Virus record (IMG/VR): IMGVR_UViG_2974511964_000001
Location: 73,974 to 137,973 of that record
Source of the DNA: a virus
Taxonomy: Duplodnaviria; Caudoviricetes
DNA length: 64,000 nt
Strand: one strand, 5' to 3'
Shown here one piece after another: positions 34,991 through 45,397 of this stretch. The position numbers and the translations under genes are program-made. Position 1 is the stretch's first letter. Each line of letters opens with the position of its first letter. Below the pieces are notes generated by a model. It was not told the DNA's origin. It ran no database searches and was given only the letters and a program-made list of their open reading frames with translations.

Positions 34991-35916
34991 CAATATTATA
35001 ATTATTAACGGCTATCCATTAGGACGGCCGTTTTTTGTTGTCTATAATAGCATATCATGCACAATGCTATATAACGCATTGTAAGCCGTTCTAATCCATT
35101 TTAAGCTAGGCCGGTGTAATTACACTAATATATAGATTAACACTCTTACACGCTATGTATGAAGCATACAGCTATACTAACGATATTATTAACACGTTAC
35201 AGCGTGCTACAATAAAATTATATTATAATTCGTGTATAAATTAACACGGTATATGCAATCCGCTATAATGTTACATTTATATTATTTTTATAAAATTCCC
35301 TTGACATTGTCGGCGTATAGTGTTATGTATCACACCCCCTCCCCCCTGTCAAGCCCCATACATAGGGGTACCTTGTCTACCTGCCTCGCTCAACCTTAGG
35401 CACAAATATTTTAGCCCAAAATTTTAGCATATTATACGGTATACTGAACACTATAATGAACTCCCATATGCACTGCCATATACCCTCCCCCCATTAAATA
35501 AATGAGCAGCTAATTCTAAATACCGGTATATAAACAAATCCTAAAAACGCCCCCATAAAATTTTTGGCCTAATCAAGGCTATCGTAAATAAAAAGACTGC
35601 TCAATTAAGAGTAGCCTTTAGAATACTAATATTGAATTGTACTTTTATCAGTATTATTACTCTGCAACTTTGGTTAGCAGCGGCATCCCATCTGAGTGAG
35701 ACATAATAACTAATTTATTAATACCTTCATAGTCAGAATTAATTGTAAATGGCCGGCTAATACAAAAAGTATTTCCATCCATATTCTTAACCATAGCAAA
35801 TTTATCTTTACTATCTTTACCAACGATTTTAGCAACAGTGTCTGAACTACAAATGTTCTCTTTTGTGTAATAATCCTTAAATGTCATAATTACTCTCCTT
35901 TTGTGTCTTTAACAAA

Positions 35917-36270
35917 TTATTTAACTAATGTGAACCCTAAGCTATCCACAAGATAGCCTAACTTCTTTATTTCGATATCTTTATTAACAACAGTCCAATC
36001 ATCTGTGTTAACAATTGAAACGAACGAGGGACTTTCTTGGATTACTATAAAGTAAGCATCCCCTTTTCGTAATTTACTCCCAACCCCCAGTTCAGAATAC
36101 TCTTCCCAACTTTGAGTCATATCCGCCCTGCATGGCAGGTAGTATTTGCCGTTGTTATAAACAGCCTGGTTAAAAGCATCTAAATGAATATAAGAACCTT
36201 TAGGCCAATTAACCCCACGTACTCTTGTACCATTCATTAATACCATTTCTAGAGCTTCATCAAATTCCAT
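35917..36270 (-). CDS. Tad2/DUF2829-like anti-defence protein, paralogue 1
   Basis: MEFDEALEMV..G.RVRG.NW...ADMTQSWE. Confidence 0.6.
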   Translation of the reverse strand: MEFDEALEMVLMNGTRVRGVNWPKGSYIHLDAFNQAVYNNGKYYLPCRADMTQSWEEYSELGVGSKLRKGDAYFIVIQESPSFVSIVNTDDWTVVNKDIEIKKLGYLVDSLGFTLVK

Positions 36271-36272
36271 AA

Positions 36273-36713
36273 CTAGTTATCCCCCTCTGTATTAGCTAAT
36301 CTATTGTGATGCTTCCTAGCAACATTCCAAACCTCATCAAGTTCATTCTTGTCAGACTTACTAGCTATCGAAAGGCTCTGAAAATTCAACATACTAACAA
36401 GTTGTCCCTCATCAATACCTTTGGCTATTTCAACGAATGTTTTATCATCTAGGATTGCATAAGTACCGTCAGCTTCCTTAATCAACCGATACTTACTGGT
36501 GCTACCATATTGAGTTAATAGTGCACCTGCTGATGGAATATCAGCAATTTCCCAATCTGCAATAAAATCTTTCTTACTGAGACTAAACGGACTTCCAGTA
36601 TTACCTACAACATCACCATCATCATTTAGCATAATATAACCATATCCTGTTGAGTTTACTCGTGTTACCTTTTTACCGTCTAACATAGCTTGTAATGCTT
36701 CACTAAATTTCAT
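36273..36713 (-). CDS. Tad2/DUF2829-like protein, paralogue 2
   Basis: MKFSEALQAMLDGKKVTR...DFIADWE. Confidence 0.65.
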   Translation of the reverse strand: MKFSEALQAMLDGKKVTRVNSTGYGYIMLNDDGDVVGNTGSPFSLSKKDFIADWEIADIPSAGALLTQYGSTSKYRLIKEADGTYAILDDKTFVEIAKGIDEGQLVSMLNFQSLSIASKSDKNELDEVWNVARKHHNRLANTEGDN

Positions 36714-37001
36714 AGTTAATCCTCCTAGATTAGTTTTATTCTTTACAAGTCCGGCCATGAAACCACATGAGCGTATCCATTTCCTCGTGAGGGCTGTCTA
36801 GCTTGGTTTCAACTATACGGATTCCAAAATATTCAGCATCTTCAAAGCAAGAAATATAACGACTTGCCTTTTCCTTCGTAGAAAACACACCTAGAATACC
36901 ACACATTAGGTTTGTATGGTCTTCGTTGTAACTTTCATATTCACATTCTTGATAAACAAGGTATACTGTCATATTGGACCCTCCGTTATTAATTATAGAT
37001 T

Positions 37002-37730
37002 CTAGTCACCCACGTTTAGGAGAGTGTACCCCTCAACCCTAAGCAGTATCTTGAGCATATCTTCTCTAATGTGTTCCCTTACTACCATATAGGTTTCTGT
37101 ATTAACAATCGAATAGGTGTTATCCGGGGAAACAACTATCTTATAGAAGTTGCCGTTATTATGCTTTAAAACAGTACCCGCCATAGAGTAACTGTAGTGC
37201 CAATCATGGTACGTACTAGAATCGCTAAAAAGATAGGTGTCTCCATTTTCATCAATAAAGTCGTTGTTATCAGCATCTAGCATAATATATTCATTCGGTT
37301 CCCAGCAGTCGGCTCTAACTTTTTTGCCCTTCAGCATAGCGCGCAACGCCTCATTAAAATTCATACTAATTTCTCCTTGTACTGTAGGACTGTCTGCTAT
37401 GAATCCCAGCCCATATACTACATCATCTACATAAGTATTAGGAATATCCTCAATTAAAGTTGCCCAACATGACATACTAACAATAGAATAGGTGTGGTCG
37501 TCTGCTAGTACAATAATAAAATCATTGCTGTTGCAGTGCAATATCATCCCAGACTTATCGACTACTCCCATACCCGTTCCAAGCTCATATGTGCTTCTCT
37601 CTACTAGCTTAGGTCCAGAAGAAGTCTTAATACCTAAAGGATTTTTGAAGGAATCAATAGGATGGTCGCAATGCTTGTTCAATACCTTGTCAAAATTCAG
37701 CTTATTACTAGTAATTTCATTTAACTTCAT
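37002..37730 (-). CDS. ORF whose C-terminal half (from ATG 37364) is Tad2/DUF2829-like paralogue 3
   Basis: MNFNEALRAMLKGKKVRADCW with its own AAGGAG RBS inside the ORF. Confidence 0.6.
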   Translation of the reverse strand: MKLNEITSNKLNFDKVLNKHCDHPIDSFKNPLGIKTSSGPKLVERSTYELGTGMGVVDKSGMILHCNSNDFIIVLADDHTYSIVSMSCWATLIEDIPNTYVDDVVYGLGFIADSPTVQGEISMNFNEALRAMLKGKKVRADCWEPNEYIMLDADNNDFIDENGDTYLFSDSSTYHDWHYSYSMAGTVLKHNNGNFYKIVVSPDNTYSIVNTETYMVVREHIREDMLKILLRVEGYTLLNVGD

Positions 37731-37748
37731 GGCTTATCCTCCTATTGA

Positions 37749-38108
37749 CTAATTACTATATTTAATTACTTTCATACCATACGATTTAATAACATCATCA
37801 AGTCTATCCTTATAGATATCACCAATAAATACTCTCCAAGTTTTAATATCAACAAGGTCTAACCTGCCACGGTTATTCCAAACAACCCGATACCGGTCTT
37901 CTAGATGGCTTAGCAGCGCTCCTACAGTAACTTTAGGCTGGTATAGGTTCCACTCTGCTTCATATAGTCTATCACCAATAGAATATGGAAAACCCTGTTC
38001 ATCTACAATTTTGTTATCAACCAACTCAATATAGTCATGTCCAGCCCAGGTTTTACAACAAACCCTTTTACCTTCCAACAGGCATTGCAATGCTTCACTA
38101 AAAGTCAT
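37749..38108 (-). CDS. Tad2/DUF2829-like protein, paralogue 4
   Basis: MTFSEALQCLLEGKRVCCKTW...EAEW. Confidence 0.6.
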   Translation of the reverse strand: MTFSEALQCLLEGKRVCCKTWAGHDYIELVDNKIVDEQGFPYSIGDRLYEAEWNLYQPKVTVGALLSHLEDRYRVVWNNRGRLDLVDIKTWRVFIGDIYKDRLDDVIKSYGMKVIKYSN

Positions 38109-38418
38109 AATAATTCCTCCTTGATAGTATTATCGCTAACATAGATGTTTGAAGAAAGCAGTGTTGGCGAATACGTTCTAGCTAGCTGAGTAAGTGTGTT
38201 CCTTACTACTGAGACATCAATAGCAGAGACCACTGCGACATCTAGTGTAATGTCATAAACAGTATCTCCATTTTTAGGAAATGAATAAGAAGTTAAATAA
38301 TGCGGGTGGAACCTTACAATAGTGTCTAAAATGCTTGTAAATTGGCTTTCGGTTAAATTAATAAACCCTAAAGACGCATGTACTAAAAATTTTGATTTTA
38401 CTTCACTTGTTTTCATGC

Positions 38419-38595
38419 TTAGCTCTCCTTTGACTTATTGTCTTTCTTGTATGCTCTGTACTCTTCTTGACTTAAGCCTAGTTTAACTCGTTCAGCTAGA
38501 TTAGTCAACTCCTTTTTAAACTCGTCACTTTCGTTATACGCTAGTACCTTTCTGGCAAGTGGGTCGTTCTTATTGACCATGTCTTTTAAACTCAT
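38419..38595 (-). CDS. 58-aa hypothetical protein (paralogue of 42722-42886; not in ORF track)
   Basis: MSLKDMVNKNDPLARKVLAYNESDEFKKELTNLAERVKLGLSQEE. Confidence 0.7.
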   Translation of the reverse strand: MSLKDMVNKNDPLARKVLAYNESDEFKKELTNLAERVKLGLSQEEYRAYKKDNKSKES

Positions 38596-39552
38596 AGGGA
38601 TTTATCCTTGTTATATAACGCTTCACGAGCTTCATCTGCCAGTTTAATTTGATTAGTCAAAACTTTATCTTTGACATCCGGATTGTCAGGTCTAATGCCT
38701 GCCTTTAAAGCCATCTCAATAATACCGCCCATATCTTCTGAGCTAAACTCCCACGGTTCATAGACGTCTTCCATGGTATACTTAGCAAAGTCAGCCATAT
38801 ACTCGTAAAATTCCTGCATACTAACAGGGACCCATTCTTTTAAATCTTTCTCATGCTGCTGTTCTGCAAGTTCATTATTAACTTTGTCTAGCTGTTTGTT
38901 TAACTTCCTCTTTTGCTCTAATAGTTCACTATCCGTTTTAGTCATTATTGATTTCTCCTTTACCAAAGTCCTAGGTATTCCCGATAGGGATATGGGCTAT
39001 CCTTGTGTTTTGAAACATCAACAGATTCTCCAAACTTTTCACAGGCTCTATTAACACTATCTTTTAAGAATTTCTCAAAAGACCCATCCCTCAAAGTAAA
39101 GTCACTAGCTGGGAACTCTGAGGGTATATCATAACTATTTAGCTTCTTCAAGTAATTAATAACCTGTCTAAAGTTTTCACATTTATATATGTCATCTTTA
39201 AGCTTGTTTAAATATGCTACTTGGGATTCGTGAGCCTGAAACGCTATATGCTTTAATTCTGGGATAGTCCATACATTCATAATTAAACCGTATTCATCTC
39301 TAATGTATAAGTAGGTGACCGTACTATTATGCCTATTCATAAAATCTAAATATTTCTCATTCTTGTCACCTTGATACCAGTCTTTAGCTAGTTCTTCGTT
39401 ATATCCCTGGTCAAAGTTATATATAACCCCTTGCGCAGCATTCGACCAAAGACACTCTTCCCCAAATTTAGAGCGCCCTAGTACCTTTTCACCCCAATAA
39501 TTTAAACCATTAATAAGTGCTTCTTCATCTATTTGCTTCATTTTTAGTCCTC

Positions 39553-39921
39553 CTAGTCAGTAGAGCCATCATTGATAACTTCCATACCCAATGATTTAAT
39601 AGTGTCATCAATTTTATCCATATGAATATCTCCGATAAATACTCCCCAAGTCTTAGTATTAACAATGTCTAGTTTGCCCTTTTTATTGAAAACAACCCGA
39701 TATTGGCTTCCGTAATAGCTTAGCAGTGTTCCTACAGTAACTTTAGACTGATATAGTTCCCAACTAAGCATAAGGTCTGTCTTGTCAATAGTGTAGATGT
39801 TCCCAAGGCTATCAATAATATGGTCATGGGAACCTATCATGATATAATAATTGTCCCACCAGTAAATTTGTCTAACTTTATTGCCATCTAATAATGCATC
39901 CATTGCTTCACTAAATTCCAT
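39553..39921 (-). CDS. Tad2/DUF2829-like protein, paralogue 5
   Basis: MEFSEAMDALLDGNKVRQIYW...TDLMLSWE; C-terminal domain close to that of 37749-38108. Confidence 0.65.
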   Translation of the reverse strand: MEFSEAMDALLDGNKVRQIYWWDNYYIMIGSHDHIIDSLGNIYTIDKTDLMLSWELYQSKVTVGTLLSYYGSQYRVVFNKKGKLDIVNTKTWGVFIGDIHMDKIDDTIKSLGMEVINDGSTD

Positions 39922-41398
39922 AATAATCTCCTAATCAACATCCTCTAAAGCTACTTTGTTCCAGTCAATCGCGACGTCATCACGACTTTTTAGTTGTTCA
40001 ATTTGTTCGGGCGAAAAATCATCTATAACAGAAGTTAAATCCTCATCTACTAAACGTCCTAAATATGCCCGTTGACCCCAACTAAAAACATCAACATGAA
40101 GGTAACTGTTTTCATCCGTTGAAACTACCTTTACTCGCTTTCTAATAACGCCCTTACGCTCTGAAATAGGGGTTTTAGCATAGGCTACAATAGCATCAAA
40201 CAAGTCGTCACTTACACCAGACATATAGTGTAAGTCAACCATATTCTGATATTCTTCACTAATTGCTGCAACTGTATCACCGCCGATTTCACCAGATACC
40301 CTAGTTTCACATTCTCCTACTTTTACAATATAACCCGGCGTCTTGGTTACTATTTTAATAAATTCTTCTGTCTTCATACTAATCCTCCTTACCTTTCCTA
40401 AGTAACTTGGTTGCATCTACAAAATCCACATTGATTGTCTCTGGGATTATCCTAAGTCTGACGAAATTAGTAATAGTCCATACTGTTCAAACTGTTTAAT
40501 AAGTTCTTCAAGTGTGTTCTCATTATAGTCAGCAGCATTAATCAGCGTATTCCAAGCATAGGGAGATGACACTTCTTTACACGAAGCGTCATCATCATAG
40601 TCTTTACCTACTACATCCTCATAATAATCAGCCCATGCTTCTCCCTGACTATTAGCTGCTATTAAGGCATAGTAGTCGTTTTCTGGTTCATTAAACTCAT
40701 AATACTTATGTTTAATTTCTGTTGTCATTTTCATATCCGTCTATCCTTATTAAATAATAATAGTATATTAAAAATTGTTTGTCAAGTCTAAAATAACTTT
40801 CTACCACACTTAGGGCAATAGTTAGCTGGAGTACTAGCGAACCCCTTGCTAGTAGACATTACTAGGTCAAAGTATTTAATTCCACAACTTGTATCTGAGT
40901 CTATCCCAAGGTCCCAGCCTGCTTCATCAACCATGTTCTTATAAGGCATATGACAATACTCACATGTTTCTTGTTCTAGAACATTCAATTGTTTTATCAA
41001 AAGAGACTTATATGGGTTATCATCATTAGTGGCTTCAATCTTAGCTTTTAAATCAGTAATACTACTTGTCATTTTCTTACACCCCTAGTTTGTATATTAT
41101 TCAGTAAGATAGTTTCATTTTCGTCCCTAGTACCATTTAGCTTCCCCAAAGATAAGTTCTTTTGGTGCTATTAAATCTAGTTCAACATTTTGAGTCTTAG
41201 CATATTCCTCGTAGTATTTATAGTTAGCCGTAATATGCTTAATTTCATCAGTAGTAAAGCCACTACAGAACAATAGCGCTGAGTGTTTGCCTTGATAGGC
41301 ACTAGTTTGCATCACCTTAAACATCTTATTCCATAATTCAGGCTTAACCTGCCGTTCTCGGTAAGTCTTAGCAATTATTCTTAGTTGTTCTCCGCTTG

Positions 41399-41710
41399 TC
41401 AACATGAACTATCCTCCAAATCGCTGTTCTTAACAAACACGCCGTCAACCATCTTGCCAGTTCGATTCTTAATTGTGTTGTATGCTTCTTTGACACATTC
41501 ATCTAAATGCAAACCATTTTGCAATGCATAGATTGTCAATACCACGAAAATGTCGCCAATGCTATCAATCTGTTTGTCTCGATAACCTTTATTGTGAGCT
41601 TCGGCAAGCTCACCCATCTCTTCTACTAGTTTAATTAACTGTTTATCAGGGTTCGTTTTATCTAGACCACGATGAGTGGCCCATGATTCGATTGATTTAT
41701 AATAATCCAT
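41399..41710 (-). CDS. MazG-like nucleotide pyrophosphohydrolase
   Basis: KLVEEMGELA..DSIGD..AYNTIKNRTGKMVDGVFVK. Confidence 0.85.
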   Translation of the reverse strand: MDYYKSIESWATHRGLDKTNPDKQLIKLVEEMGELAEAHNKGYRDKQIDSIGDIFVVLTIYALQNGLHLDECVKEAYNTIKNRTGKMVDGVFVKNSDLEDSSC

Positions 41711-42024
41711 TACTTATTTACCTCTTTACTTGTAGTTTTTAATAATTCTAGCTTTTTAATAATATCTTCATAACCTATATAGTTTAAAGAGTTACCCTGT
41801 TCATAGTCTAAAAATCTTGATAAGCTTAATCCTGTATACCTAGCTGCTTGCTTCTGGCTAATAGATAACTCTGTTTCTAGCTGAATTATATGCTGTGAAT
41901 AAACAAATTGTTTACTGTTAGCATACATACCACTATCATTTAGAAACTTAGCAAGTCTCTTGGCTGCCTTTCTATCACGCTTGCGCTCACTATTCATTGG
42001 TATCACTATCCACATTATAGCCAT
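41710..42024 (-). CDS. HTH DNA-binding protein
   Basis: ISQKQAARYTGLSLSRFLDYEQG. Confidence 0.6.
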   Translation of the reverse strand: MAIMWIVIPMNSERKRDRKAAKRLAKFLNDSGMYANSKQFVYSQHIIQLETELSISQKQAARYTGLSLSRFLDYEQGNSLNYIGYEDIIKKLELLKTTSKEVNK

Positions 42025-42349
42025 GCTTCTTAACTAGTTCAATATCATTAGCATCATACAATTCATAGCCTTTAGCTAGTAAGCGTGAAACGTAGATATA
42101 GTTATAGAATACTGCCACAGCGATTTGAATAATCAATACTGTAATTGGACTAACAGCATAACCGGCTACACTTAATACACAGAATACGCCAAATGCCCCT
42201 AACCAATCTCCCCGGAATAGTGGTGCAAATACTCCAAAAAAGAATGTCGTCCATGAAATACCTAGTGGGGATGATTTAATCTTACCGTTCTTCTTGTCAA
42301 TAAATTTAACCTTGTGTCCTGCGTCTTGAAATAATGTTGTAAAGTTCAT
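41990..42349 (-). CDS. Membrane protein (DUF2628-like)
   Basis: GISWTTFFFGVFAPLFRGDW..YNYIY..LLAKGY. Confidence 0.6.
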   Translation of the reverse strand: MNFTTLFQDAGHKVKFIDKKNGKIKSSPLGISWTTFFFGVFAPLFRGDWLGAFGVFCVLSVAGYAVSPITVLIIQIAVAVFYNYIYVSRLLAKGYELYDANDIELVKKHGYNVDSDTNE

Positions 42350-42721
42350 AATGTTTTGCCTCTTTCTTTATTTAATGGCCTAATTTTATACCTATTGTTA
42401 CTGCTTGTCAACCAATATATGGCTTTCCTGTAAAAAGTTGTCCTAGTACATACAGAGTAAACAGTGCAAATGCAAGCACAACCAATAGTAGTATAATATC
42501 ATTTAGCTTGCTTATCCACCTCTGACTAGCTAGCCAACTCCTAATCTTAACAATACCTGAATGTGGCACAATGTACCTAAATGCCATCCCCAGTAACTTT
42601 AACATCCATGCGAAAGCCCAGAATAAAAATGCTGCCCCGGCTATAGCTAGGATTCCAACAAATATATCTATAATAATTATCATGGTTACAATATAACCCC
42701 CTTGTTAATCATTTTGTAGAT

Positions 42722-42886
42722 TCATTTTTCATTAGACTTTTTATACTTTTTAAAATCTTCTTGGCTTAACCCTAGTCTAACTCTTTCTGCTAAAAGGTCT
42801 AACTCCTTCTTAAACTCTTTGCTGTCTTGATAAGCTAATACTTTCTTAGCTACGGGGTCGTTTTTATTAACCATATCTCTAAACAT
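42722..42886 (-). CDS. 54-aa hypothetical protein (paralogue of 38419-38595; not in ORF track)
   Basis: MFRDMVNKNDPVAKKVLAYQDSKEFKKELDLLAERVRLGLSQED. Confidence 0.7.
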   Translation of the reverse strand: MFRDMVNKNDPVAKKVLAYQDSKEFKKELDLLAERVRLGLSQEDFKKYKKSNEK

Positions 42887-43235
42887 CTAACCATCCTCTA
42901 TTATTTAACAGAAATCCATAGTCCATGATTACTAAGCTCAACTAAATAGCCTAATGCATGAAATATGCTAACAATCCATTTTATATTAGTTTTAGAGTTC
43001 AATTTATCAATATCTACTAATGTCACAGGGTTACCACGAAAAACAGCATTATCAATAACCTTTTTCATGATGTAGCTAAAGTCAGACTTAGTTTCGTCAC
43101 AAGGACTTTTATCAATTAGGCGCTTAGCATCTTTAGCCAGATACTCACGAGCCTCAGCATTAGACATGATTGAACTAATTCCCTTATAAAGTACACTATT
43201 GTCAAACTCGACTTCTTTGTATTCTCGCATATGTC

Positions 43236-43694
43236 TTAGCCCTCCTCAATTTGATAACCATCTAGCCACGCACGGACAAACGTTTCAGAATTGTCTTCCA
43301 TATACTCAGCTAGATTGTCGTCTCTAATGAAATGATGCGTAGCGTCCCAAATGTCATCACCTTGTGACTTCATGTCAGCAATATATTCAGCAACATAATG
43401 TGGAATTACTGGTAACTCGGCATACTGTTGTTTGAACTCTTTATCGGCCATAACTTTAATCTCGTCTGTTTCATTAACAACCCAATCACCAATTTCAAAT
43501 GAAACTTCATTATCGTCTGGAAAGGCATCAGGTTCTGGTTCAAAATCGTCAATCAATATTGAATAATAAGCTGGCTCACCTGTTAGTGCATCAACTAAGG
43601 AATCTGGCATAACTTCATAGCCAAATAGACTTGTCTGACTCCCATCAAATTTTAGGGCTTCTATTGGTTTGTCATTTCTACGATAAGCTCTCAT
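43236..43694 (-). CDS. DUF1642-containing protein
   Basis: PVIPHYVAEYI...FVRAWLDGY. Confidence 0.7.
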   Translation of the reverse strand: MRAYRRNDKPIEALKFDGSQTSLFGYEVMPDSLVDALTGEPAYYSILIDDFEPEPDAFPDDNEVSFEIGDWVVNETDEIKVMADKEFKQQYAELPVIPHYVAEYIADMKSQGDDIWDATHHFIRDDNLAEYMEDNSETFVRAWLDGYQIEEG

Positions 43695-43696
43695 TT

Positions 43697-44131
43697 TTAT
43701 TTGCCACCCTTCATAAGACTAGAATTTTTATAAATATTACCAATAACTTCAAATTGAAAGCTCCAAGAGTCATACAGGCATGGTTCAAGTACATGTGCCC
43801 TTACTGGTTTTAAAAACACACCTGGTCGCCCAAGTGAATCTTATGAAACTACTTCATTAACCATTGGCTCCATTGTTAATTCACTTGCATCAGACCACAC
43901 ATTGACGATATCGCCAATATAAATTCCCTTACCATTAACATCTCTCAGTCCGGTAAACTGTAACAGTTCAACATCATCGTTCTTAATGTCCCAAGTTTCG
44001 TTTTTCCTATTTACAATAACGTTAACAGAGCTTGGTGTCCCTTGGGTATCGCCATTCTGGATTGCTGATACATAGTCAGCCATTATCTTCCTGTACCCGT
44101 TCCAAGCTTTGAACCTAATTACTCTCGTCAT
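43697..44131 (-). pseudogene. YopX family gene with an internal in-frame stop
   Basis: IRFKAW and QFTGLRD..IYIGDIV, then TAA at 43841-43843; the same frame continues to FEVIGNIYKN and stops at 43697. Confidence 0.75.
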
Positions 44132-44193
44132 ATTAAACGCCTCTTTCCTTTCTATAATAAAATTATATCACCACTGGTATGTTCTTGTCAAGT

Positions 44194-45048
44194 TTATTTT
44201 ATGTTGTTTGTTTTTCTCTTCATCAACTTTTCAACTTTGGAGGCCACAATGTCGCCTAGTTTGTCTCTGGTGGTCTCTACTGCCTTGTTATCGGCGTTTG
44301 TGAACCAGTAACCCTTGGTTTGGCTTAGTCTGTCTTTAATAACGCTGTTAATATTCCCTAAGTTAACCTCAAGTTCCCGACTCGCTTCACTCTGCGATTC
44401 AAACCGTGAAGCCTCTTGTGTCTTCAAATTGATTGCAAACACGCCACCTTTGAAATTAATATCAGCCTTGATTTTTCGTAATTTATCTTTGTCGGCTTCA
44501 ACGCCGTTGCCATTGTCTTCTGTGAACCAATAGCCACCAGCCGTTTTATATTGGCCTTTAATAACTTTAGTAATATCTGGTTGGCTAACCTCAAGTTCCC
44601 GACTCGCTTCACTTTGCGACTTGAACCTAAACACTTCTAATGTGTTTAAGTTGATTGCATACAAGGAATGGCCTCTCGATTCTGTGCTTGACACTCCGTA
44701 TTTTTCTGTGTATTGGCGATTGTACGAAGCGTCACACCATTCAAGATTATCAACATTATTGTTAGTTCTATTGCAATCCTTATGGTTCACCTGTGGCAAA
44801 TTATCAGGGTTCGGAATGAACGTTTGGGCAACGAGACGGTGGACTTTTATAGTGACCGTTTTACCGTTTGCGTTGAACGATACTTGCATATAGCCATCTT
44901 TATTACGCCATTGTTTTAGAATATGACCTTGTATGATACGTGTTCCTCTTTTAGTTGTAACCACTCTATCTAGCGTACGAACATCACCGAACGGACTAAC
45001 CTCGATAAACGAAAACTCCGGATAAGTTTTCCAAACTTCAATTTTCAT
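44194..45048 (-). CDS. NUMOD4-HNH homing endonuclease with C-terminal NUMOD1-like repeats
   Basis: EVWK..VS..G.VR; VHRLVAQTF..VNHKD.NRTNN.VDNLEW; twice F.SQSEASREL. Confidence 0.9.
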   Translation of the reverse strand: MKIEVWKTYPEFSFIEVSPFGDVRTLDRVVTTKRGTRIIQGHILKQWRNKDGYMQVSFNANGKTVTIKVHRLVAQTFIPNPDNLPQVNHKDCNRTNNNVDNLEWCDASYNRQYTEKYGVSSTESRGHSLYAINLNTLEVFRFKSQSEASRELEVSQPDITKVIKGQYKTAGGYWFTEDNGNGVEADKDKLRKIKADINFKGGVFAINLKTQEASRFESQSEASRELEVNLGNINSVIKDRLSQTKGYWFTNADNKAVETTRDKLGDIVASKVEKLMKRKTNNIK

Positions 45049-45397
45049 ACAACTATCCTTCTTTCCTCTTCTATAATAAAAGCATACCCTTTTCTAGTAT
45101 GCTTTGTCAATACTTTATTTATAAACTGTTAATACTTGGTAGGCGCCTTTTGAGATAACTAAGGGTGAGCTTAAATGAAGATAATTTGTACCATCCTTTA
45201 GTTCATCCTTAGTAAACTCTCTAGATACCCAAATAAGGTGCTGTTCGTTTTCTAGCGTGCTGAACACAACCAGCTTAATGCCAGTTAATAAATTGTTATT
45301 GTTAAAGTCAACCTTAAAAGGGATAGCAATTACCCCAGTGTTTCCATCACTACGCCTTGAAGCTAACTCCGTTTTATCATTCATTATGCTAACCTCG

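Larger units (their letters stand above)
27400..35600 (+). other. Probable long terminal repeat / early host-takeover region: about 20 small genes, most with their own sigma70 promoter
   Basis: Repeated TTGACA-N17-TATAAT/TATACT promoters and a shared leader; bounded by non-coding low-complexity segments; strand switch at about 35.6 kb; analogous to SPO1. Confidence 0.6.
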
